Source: an uncultured Azospirillaceae bacterium | GTDB lineage: Bacteria > Pseudomonadota > Alphaproteobacteria > RF32 > CAG-239 | Assembly: GCA_964395655.1 (NCBI GenBank) | Contig: CAYNBB010000001.1 | Coordinates: forward strand, 7,121 to 71,120 | Length of the DNA stretch: 64,000 bases | Reading direction: 5' to 3' | Shown here: piece after piece, positions 57,990 to 64,000 of the stretch | Numbering within the stretch: the stretch's first letter is position 1 | Layout of the letters: every line of letters starts with the position of its first letter | Notes under the pieces: generated by a model | The model's input: the letters and a program-made list of their open reading frames with translations, nothing else | Databases searched by the model: none | Told to the model about the DNA's origin: nothing | Program-made: the position numbers and the translations under genes

Positions 57990-59348
57990 TTAACGTCCCG
58001 TCAGACGGTTGACAAATTTATTCCACCGGTGTTTCAGTTTGACGGCGGCAAAATGCCGTTCTTTCTTTTGCGGATCATTCTGCGTCAATTGGCCGACTTT
58101 CTGGAAATAATCCATTTTTTGTTTTTTGATTTTCAGCAGTGATGCAAATTTGTCTTTGTGTTCCTGAGGAAGTTTATCGACAAATTCCTTTTCCCGTCCG
58201 GCAATATAGCGATAGAAATCAATACCGTCGATATTAAATATTTTATGCATCAAACGGGCATGCTCTTCCGGATGATCCCGACAACCGTTGTAATCCGCCT
58301 TGCTTAACAAATGGATTGCACGGTTGACATTGCTTTTGACATAGAGCGGAAATTTATCTTTCATCCAGCTGTCAAATATACCGTTGGCAATAAATGCGGC
58401 TTCTTCTTCCGACATGCCGCCGGCCACAGTGCCGCGATCGTTCATCCACTTGCCGTAGAATTCGAAATCACGCGGAATTCCCGTCCCCGGCTTGGCATAT
58501 TTTTTCCAGTCCATAAACTGTGCAATACCATCGGCAACATCGCAACAACAGGTGTCTGCCCAAACTTTCTCATAACTCAAACCGCCGGTAACGGTTGCGG
58601 GAATTGCCGCGGCCGCATCTGCGGAATGTCGGACAATCCATTCTTTGTAAAATTTAAACCGCGGCGTGATATAAGCTTCGTCGCGACCGTGCTCCCGGTA
58701 ATTTTTTCTCTGTTCCATAAACTGCGCCAAATTTGCCGCAACTTCATCCATGCAATTGTCGCCGAAAACCGTTTCATAACTGCGGCCGCTTCGGGTCAGA
58801 CCGTTTTGGGCTCCGATAAAATGTTGTTTTTCATGCCGTTCCGTACAATTATACGCATCGTTATATATGTCCAGCAATGCCTGCACTTTCGGGTCATCCG
58901 AAACAAAATGCCTGATACGCAAACGATTTCCGACCTGTTTGCCCATGGACGGCAGATCTTCTATACTGTCATTCGGTCCGTAAAAATAATATAATTTTCC
59001 GACAGTCCGATTTTTTTTGACAACAATAGTATCAATGACTTTTTCCAATTGCAACGTCTGATACCACCGGTAACGATGATCTCCTCCGGTTCTGTAGTCG
59101 GACAAAACATTCAAATCCGTCAGAGACTTGTTTTGAGGATTGCGATAATACCAGACCCCGTCTTTTTTTTCCAGGTTCTCGGCAAATTCATCCTGAGAAA
59201 GCGTATCGCCGCCAACAACTATCTGTTTTTCGTGATACAGTTCCGGTTCGAAATTTTCCATAACATAATAGCCTCCGCCCAATGATGTTCCGGCCATCAG
59301 AAGCGAGGTCAGAGAAAAGCCAAGCCACAATCTTTTTGTTTTTTTCAT
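57990..59348 (-). CDS. Secreted hypothetical protein (452 aa) with an HExxH-containing segment and an internal duplication
   Basis: Signal peptide MKKTKRLWLGFSLTSLLMAGTSLG. Motif HEKQHFIGAQNG (HExxHxxGxxN). Duplicated blocks A(N/G)(L/I)AQFM(E/D)...(F/Y)(Y/K)(K/G)(E/K)W. Confidence 0.55.
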   Translation of the reverse strand: MKKTKRLWLGFSLTSLLMAGTSLGGGYYVMENFEPELYHEKQIVVGGDTLSQDEFAENLEKKDGVWYYRNPQNKSLTDLNVLSDYRTGGDHRYRWYQTLQLEKVIDTIVVKKNRTVGKLYYFYGPNDSIEDLPSMGKQVGNRLRIRHFVSDDPKVQALLDIYNDAYNCTERHEKQHFIGAQNGLTRSGRSYETVFGDNCMDEVAANLAQFMEQRKNYREHGRDEAYITPRFKFYKEWIVRHSADAAAAIPATVTGGLSYEKVWADTCCCDVADGIAQFMDWKKYAKPGTGIPRDFEFYGKWMNDRGTVAGGMSEEEAAFIANGIFDSWMKDKFPLYVKSNVNRAIHLLSKADYNGCRDHPEEHARLMHKIFNIDGIDFYRYIAGREKEFVDKLPQEHKDKFASLLKIKKQKMDYFQKVGQLTQNDPQKKERHFAAVKLKHRWNKFVNRLTGR

Positions 59349-59435
59349 CGCGTTTTCCTGATATATTCAGTATTGATTATATCAGATTTTCGACAAAAAT
59401 CCAGAAAGATAAATAAGGAAAGTTCAGTTTTTTAT

Positions 59436-60383
59436 TCAGTAATCGTTGCAGCCCTGAATATGGCAATACTGCAAAGGCCGCTTAACCGTCGGATAACGCT
59501 GTTCCTGTCTGATTGAACCGACTTGCGTTAAAAAACTCTTCTGATATTTTTCGGGAATATTTAATTTGAGCAGCTGCAATTGCCAAAAGTGAAGCATATT
59601 GTCCATACTTCCTTTCAGATAACCGTTAACGTCGTTCAAATTGTTTCGTTTGGCCGACGCGATGCTCTTGGCAATAATTTCCGTACGCAATTTAACAAGC
59701 TCCGGATCCTTGCCGTGTTCCTGCGCATAACAAAGCGCTCCCGGCAACAGTCCTCTGGTCAGATACAACGGCGTATTAAAACCTTTGGTTTGAGTCGGAA
59801 GTATCCCCGGTTTTTGGATAAACGGCTGAACATCAATAATGTATGCGCGCTGATCCCGGCTCGAATACAAAAGGTTTCCCGTATTCGTAAACAATCCTAA
59901 TGTACAAATATCTACAGAGTGGCGCTTGGACGACAAAAAATGCAAATCATCATAAAGGATATCAAACGACGAATCCGGCATATTGGCAATCTTTTCAGAC
60001 CATGTACGGGTTTTTATCAAAGATTCTTCACTGTCCGGCGCAGGCAGCCCCGCCTTGTGAATCTCTATCGAAAAACCAGGAGAATACCGGTTAATCGTCA
60101 GAAGAGTCTCCCCGTTGTTAACATCCGGATGGCTCCAATAAGCAATCGGCTGGGCAAAATTCCTTTCGCCGAAAATGTCTTCTTGAGATTTGAAAGGATA
60201 TCTCTGAAGATAATTCATCAAAACGGAAATTGACGGAGCCGCCTGGCTCAACTGAACCGTAAAATCAGGATTCGTATCTATTTTATAGACTTTTACTTCC
60301 TGACCTTCTCCAAGGCATCTGTCGCATAACGCGGTGATAACTTCGCTCATTAAAGGCAATTGGAAATGGTTCGGCTGCTTCAT
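59436..60383 (-). CDS. Hypothetical cytoplasmic protein (~315 aa)
   Basis: Start at the MKQPNHF Met with an AAGGAGGA RBS. No confident domain. A possible kinase-like DxxH ... IIDxQ pattern was seen but is unsupported. Confidence 0.5.
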   Translation of the reverse strand: MKQPNHFQLPLMSEVITALCDRCLGEGQEVKVYKIDTNPDFTVQLSQAAPSISVLMNYLQRYPFKSQEDIFGERNFAQPIAYWSHPDVNNGETLLTINRYSPGFSIEIHKAGLPAPDSEESLIKTRTWSEKIANMPDSSFDILYDDLHFLSSKRHSVDICTLGLFTNTGNLLYSSRDQRAYIIDVQPFIQKPGILPTQTKGFNTPLYLTRGLLPGALCYAQEHGKDPELVKLRTEIIAKSIASAKRNNLNDVNGYLKGSMDNMLHFWQLQLLKLNIPEKYQKSFLTQVGSIRQEQRYPTVKRPLQYCHIQGCNDY

Positions 60384-60506
60384 AGCTCCTCCTTTTGTCA
60401 AAAACAATACCATTTTCGAAAAATTCTGTCAATAACTTATTGTGGAGCAATCTCGGACAAAACCCGACTTTAAATTTGAAGCAAAAACATCTTGAACAGT
60501 TAAATT

Positions 60507-60570
60507 AAAAAGCCCTTTTTCGCAAACCGCTCATTTTCCGAAACGCGGTTCATTGAAAAAAGGGCTTTTT
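60507..60570 (-). terminator. Compound hairpin terminator of tkt
   Basis: aaaaagccctttttc...gaaaaaagggcttttt outer stem, with an inner aaccgc...gcggtt stem. Confidence 0.65.
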
Positions 60571-60585
60571 ACATTCGTAACAGGA

Positions 60586-62562
60586 CTATTTTATCAAATT
60601 TCTGACGCTGTCAACCACTTCGTCAACGGTTATGCCGAAGTATTTATACAGCTCGCCGGCCGGCCCCGAAGCGCCGAATCCGTCCATACCGATGATGTCG
60701 CCGTCCAAACCGACGTATTTTTCCCAGCCGAATTTCGAACCAGCCTCAACGGCAACGCGCGGCGCCCGCCCCAAAACCTGCTCCTGATACTCCGGCGACT
60801 GAGCGTCGAACAGCTCGCAGCAGGGCATTGAGACAACCGCGACGTCAATTCCGTCCGCCGCCAGTTTGTCTCTGGCCTCCATAGCCATGGAAACCTCGGA
60901 GCCGGTGGCAATAATCGTGGCCTGACGTTTGCCTTTGGCCTCGGCCAGAACATAGGCGCCTTTGGCAGTAAGGTTTTCTTCGGCAGAAGCGCGCAACAGC
61001 GGCAACCCCTGTCTGGTCAGCGCCAGAATACTCGGTTTATTGTCGGTTTCAATCGCCAGCTGCCAGGCTTCGGCCGTCTCAACCACATCGCACGGACGGA
61101 AAGTCTGTATCCCCGGCATGCAGCGATAGGAAGCAAGATGTTCAATCGGCTGGTGCGTCGGACCGTCTTCGCCGACGCCTATCGAATCGTGCGTCAGAAC
61201 ATAAATAACGCGTATTCCCATTAACGCGGCCAAACGCTGCGCCGGACGCATATAATCCGAAAAGGCAAAGAATGTTCCGCCAAACGGAATAATGCCGCCA
61301 TGCAACGCCATGCCGTTCATAATCGCGGCCATGGCATGCTCGCGAATACCGTACATAACGTTATTGCCGTTATAATCTTTGGCAGAAACTGTTTTTGAAA
61401 CTTTGGTCAGCGTCAGGTTGGAAGCGGCCAGATCCGCCGAACCGCCGACAATCTGAGGGATATGCGGCATAATCGCTTCCAGACACATCTGCGAAGCCTT
61501 GCGGGTAGCGACTTTGGTCTTTTCCGCAACGGCGGTTTTCTTGAGCTTGTTCAGTTCTTTATCCCACCCTTTAGGCAATTTGCCGCTGATAACGTCGTTA
61601 AATTCGCGTCCCTTGGATTTTGCGCGAGCCTGCCAATCCTTATATGCGCTGACACTGCGACGGCCGGCATCACGCCAGGCGCTGAGTATCTCTGCCGGCA
61701 CCTCAAACGGCGCGGCATCCCACTTAAGGGCTTTGCGCATGGCGGACAGTTCTTCGGCGCCGAGCGGCGAACCATGACATTTTGAAGTACCGCATTTTGA
61801 AGGAGCACCGAAACCAATCGTGGTTTTACAGGCAATCAATGTCGGCTTTTTGGACTTCTGCGCTTTGACAATCGCTTTGGCAATCTGTTTCTGATTATGA
61901 CCGTCAATTTCCAACGTATTCCAACCGCAGGCTTCAAAGCGTTTAATCTGGTCGACGGAACTGGCAGCATCGACATGTCCGTCAATGGTGATATTGTTAT
62001 TGTCCCAGAACACGATCAGCTTATTTAGCTTCAAATGTCCGGCCACAGATAAGGCTTCCTCGGAAATTCCTTCCATCAGACAGCCGTCGCCGGCAATGAC
62101 ATAGGTATAGTGATTACACACGTCTTCACCGTATTTGGCGGCAATCATACGTTCGGCCAGCGCCATGCCGACAGCCGAAGTAATCCCCTGTCCGAGCGGC
62201 CCGGTCGTCATATCTATGCCTGCCAAATGTCCGTATTCCGGATGGCCGGCCGTTTTGGCGCCGAGCTGACGGAAGTTTTTAAGGTCTTCAATATCAATAT
62301 CTTTGTAACCGAGCAGATAAAACAGCGAATAAAGCAACATTGATCCATGGCCGGCGGAGAGGACAAAACGATCGCGGTCGAACCAGCGCGGCGCCTCGGG
62401 ATTTGTCTTGATGAACCGCGAAAACAAAACCGTGGCGACATCCGCCATGCCGAGCGGCATTCCCGGGTGGCCGGAATTTGATTTTTCGATCGCGTCGGCA
62501 CTCAGAAAGCGGATCGCATCGGCCATTTTTTTATTAAGAGTTCCTCTTTTGCACAAGCTCAT
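60586..62562 (-). CDS. tkt: Transketolase
   Basis: 658 aa. The GHPG region (SGHPGMPLGMAD) is the strongest mark; GDGCLMEG and a THDSIGVGEDGPTHQPIE TPP/Pyr domain follow. Confidence 0.97.
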   Translation of the reverse strand: MSLCKRGTLNKKMADAIRFLSADAIEKSNSGHPGMPLGMADVATVLFSRFIKTNPEAPRWFDRDRFVLSAGHGSMLLYSLFYLLGYKDIDIEDLKNFRQLGAKTAGHPEYGHLAGIDMTTGPLGQGITSAVGMALAERMIAAKYGEDVCNHYTYVIAGDGCLMEGISEEALSVAGHLKLNKLIVFWDNNNITIDGHVDAASSVDQIKRFEACGWNTLEIDGHNQKQIAKAIVKAQKSKKPTLIACKTTIGFGAPSKCGTSKCHGSPLGAEELSAMRKALKWDAAPFEVPAEILSAWRDAGRRSVSAYKDWQARAKSKGREFNDVISGKLPKGWDKELNKLKKTAVAEKTKVATRKASQMCLEAIMPHIPQIVGGSADLAASNLTLTKVSKTVSAKDYNGNNVMYGIREHAMAAIMNGMALHGGIIPFGGTFFAFSDYMRPAQRLAALMGIRVIYVLTHDSIGVGEDGPTHQPIEHLASYRCMPGIQTFRPCDVVETAEAWQLAIETDNKPSILALTRQGLPLLRASAEENLTAKGAYVLAEAKGKRQATIIATGSEVSMAMEARDKLAADGIDVAVVSMPCCELFDAQSPEYQEQVLGRAPRVAVEAGSKFGWEKYVGLDGDIIGMDGFGASGPAGELYKYFGITVDEVVDSVRNLIK

Positions 62563-62590
62563 CTTTTATTCTCCTGTTCAAGGTTATCAA

Positions 62591-63253
62591 TTATAAATCG
62601 CAACCACAGCCGCTCTTCGGCTTTTCCGGCTGTCTGACCGGCAACGGCTTCAGCCTTATATACTGGACGGCCGGCGCTTCATCCACCTCGACAACGCGGG
62701 GAGTGACCGGCTGCTGATATTCGCGTAACTCGTCCGCGCTCAGATAGCGGTAATCGATGTCAAAACTTTTTTGATTGGTGTCATATTCGGCCGCCGAAAC
62801 GTCCATACCGAGCAAAACGGCAAAATCGTTATACCCTTCGGTCGGAATGCGCACTTTTATCTCTCGGCCGGCAAACTGTTTTTCCGTCACGTCGCGCGGA
62901 ATGTCAACCGAGGCAAAATGCCTTTTACGCCCCAGAAACTCCGGCGGCCCTTTAATTGTTTCGCTAAAATACGAAAAATCGATATGCGTGTCATAACCTT
63001 CACGCAGACGCCGGATTTTGAACAACGGCTTAACGGCGGCATAGCGGCGATTAACGGTGTTGGCGGTCAGGCAATAACCTTCGAAGCCAATCAATTCAAT
63101 CTGCACTTCTTCGGAATAGGCGGCTTTTTGCGTTACATAAGCGGAAGAACGCGGAATTTTGACGTTGGGACACATGTAATCAGCCTCGCGAAGAGCTGGA
63201 GTACAGGCGGAAACTGCTAACAGCACACCTATTATTTTGAATAAACTTCTCAT
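62591..63253 (-). CDS. Hypothetical lipoprotein (220 aa)
   Basis: Lipobox LLAVSAC at the end of the signal peptide. Confidence 0.6.
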   Translation of the reverse strand: MRSLFKIIGVLLAVSACTPALREADYMCPNVKIPRSSAYVTQKAAYSEEVQIELIGFEGYCLTANTVNRRYAAVKPLFKIRRLREGYDTHIDFSYFSETIKGPPEFLGRKRHFASVDIPRDVTEKQFAGREIKVRIPTEGYNDFAVLLGMDVSAAEYDTNQKSFDIDYRYLSADELREYQQPVTPRVVEVDEAPAVQYIRLKPLPVRQPEKPKSGCGCDL

Positions 63254-63271
63254 TATGACCTCTACTCTAAA

Positions 63272-64000
63272 TTAACTTTCTTCTTTTGTAAATAAGGCAA
63301 CCAGCTCGCTGTGGTCAGAATAAACGAACTGATCGACCATTGTGACTTCACGGCAGGCATAACCGCCGGCCGACAATGTCTGTGCATCGTTGACAAAAGT
63401 CCGCGGATTGCACGAAACCATAACAATCTTCTGCGGACGGTTCGGTTCCGGCAACGCAGCCAGACATCGCGCCTGTGCGGCGCAGCCGGCGCGCGGCGGA
63501 TCCAGAACAATCGCTGCAAAATCTTTCAATTCGGAGGCATCCAGCGGATATTTAAACAAATTTCTGGCAACAATCTCAATGTTGGAAATCCGGTTGGCAT
63601 TGACTGACTCTTTGAATCCTCGCAACAATTCCGCCGAAGAATCGACCGCAGTTACCTTATTGGAGTGATTTTGCGCCAGAAGATACGAAAAAGTTCCGAC
63701 GCCGCAAAACAAATCTGCAATTTTTCCGCCCGTATCGCCGAGATACGCACGCACCAGCGAGATCAGAGCCTGCTCCCCCTCGCACGAAGGCTGCAAAAAA
63801 GTTCCGGCCGGAATATAAACGTCAAAGCTGCCGATTTTGACATACGGCCTGGCCTTTTCCACCACCGGTTCGGCGGTCCCTGCCGGGCTGCGACGGTGCG
63901 ACAGCCGGACAATACCCGGCATATCCCGCACCTGTTCAAACAGCTCCATGCGGTGATTAAGCTCCAACGGCGCATCGTATTCCAGCACCACGTCAACGCC
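63272..64000 (-). CDS. TrmA/RlmD-family RNA (uracil-5-)-methyltransferase, N-terminus beyond the window
   Basis: SAM-binding motifs (DLFCGVGTFSY; VLDPPRAGC) and a conserved C-terminus. The frame stays open to the window end. Confidence 0.75.
   Translation of the reverse strand, partial: GVDVVLEYDAPLELNHRMELFEQVRDMPGIVRLSHRRSPAGTAEPVVEKARPYVKIGSFDVYIPAGTFLQPSCEGEQALISLVRAYLGDTGGKIADLFCGVGTFSYLLAQNHSNKVTAVDSSAELLRGFKESVNANRISNIEIVARNLFKYPLDASELKDFAAIVLDPPRAGCAAQARCLAALPEPNRPQKIVMVSCNPRTFVNDAQTLSAGGYACREVTMVDQFVYSDHSELVALFTKEES

Noticed and set aside
1-64000. Search for CRISPR arrays, tRNA/rRNA genes, transposases or integrases
   Set aside because: There are no regularly spaced short direct repeats. 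No tRNA-like T-arm (GGTTCGAATCC) or cloverleaf candidates were seen in intergenic regions. No ORF has transposase, integrase or recombinase signatures. The only repeat elements are the fliN-flbD element and the intragenic tandem repeats.

Overview
This 64-kb window reads as an alphaproteobacterial chromosome segment of about 50% GC. The lineage call rests on clear FlbD, FlbT, GapR/DUF2312 and DUF1013 homologues and a split PntAA/PntAB/PntB transhydrogenase. The first ~22 kb is a dense flagellar region. Two runs of minus-strand genes lie tail-to-head: fliF-fliG-fliH(flbE)-fliN-[repeat element]-flbD-flhA-flhF-fleN-orf531-J-domain protein, with fliK-flgD-flgE upstream. After accB-accC on the plus strand comes a flagellin gene (minus strand), with flbT immediately upstream of it but no flaF. 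This mixes the Caulobacter-type regulatory set (FlbD sigma54 activator, FlbT) with polar-flagellum placement genes (FlhF, FleN/FlhG). The rest is mainly housekeeping: an ABC-F ATPase, HAD hydrolase, HydF-family GTPase, tcdA, tatD, alr, ileS, anmK, tyrS, a DUF4381-batA-batB/C-batD cluster, a C26 peptidase, a D-Ala-D-Ala dipeptidase, a sensor kinase, infA, pyk, gapR, a split chrA pair, pntAA-pntAB-pntB, a CPA antiporter, fba, tkt, a lipoprotein and an RNA methyltransferase. There are no rRNA or tRNA genes, CRISPR arrays or recognisable transposases. The candidates most worth follow-up are: (1) a perfect sigma54 -24/-12 promoter at the annotated fliK start, with a possible enhancer-like inverted repeat upstream; (2) a ~225-bp repeat element with terminal inverted repeats between fliN and flbD; (3) an uncharacterised 531-aa protein plus a J-domain/TM/SH3b protein, both translationally coupled to the end of the flhA-flhF-fleN operon; (4) a three-gene island of unknowns between fba and tkt, including a secreted HExxH protein, preceded by a tight cluster of TTGACAA/TTGTCAA heptamers; (5) a 904-aa membrane, effector-like protein with tandem repeats and an upstream operator-like inverted repeat.
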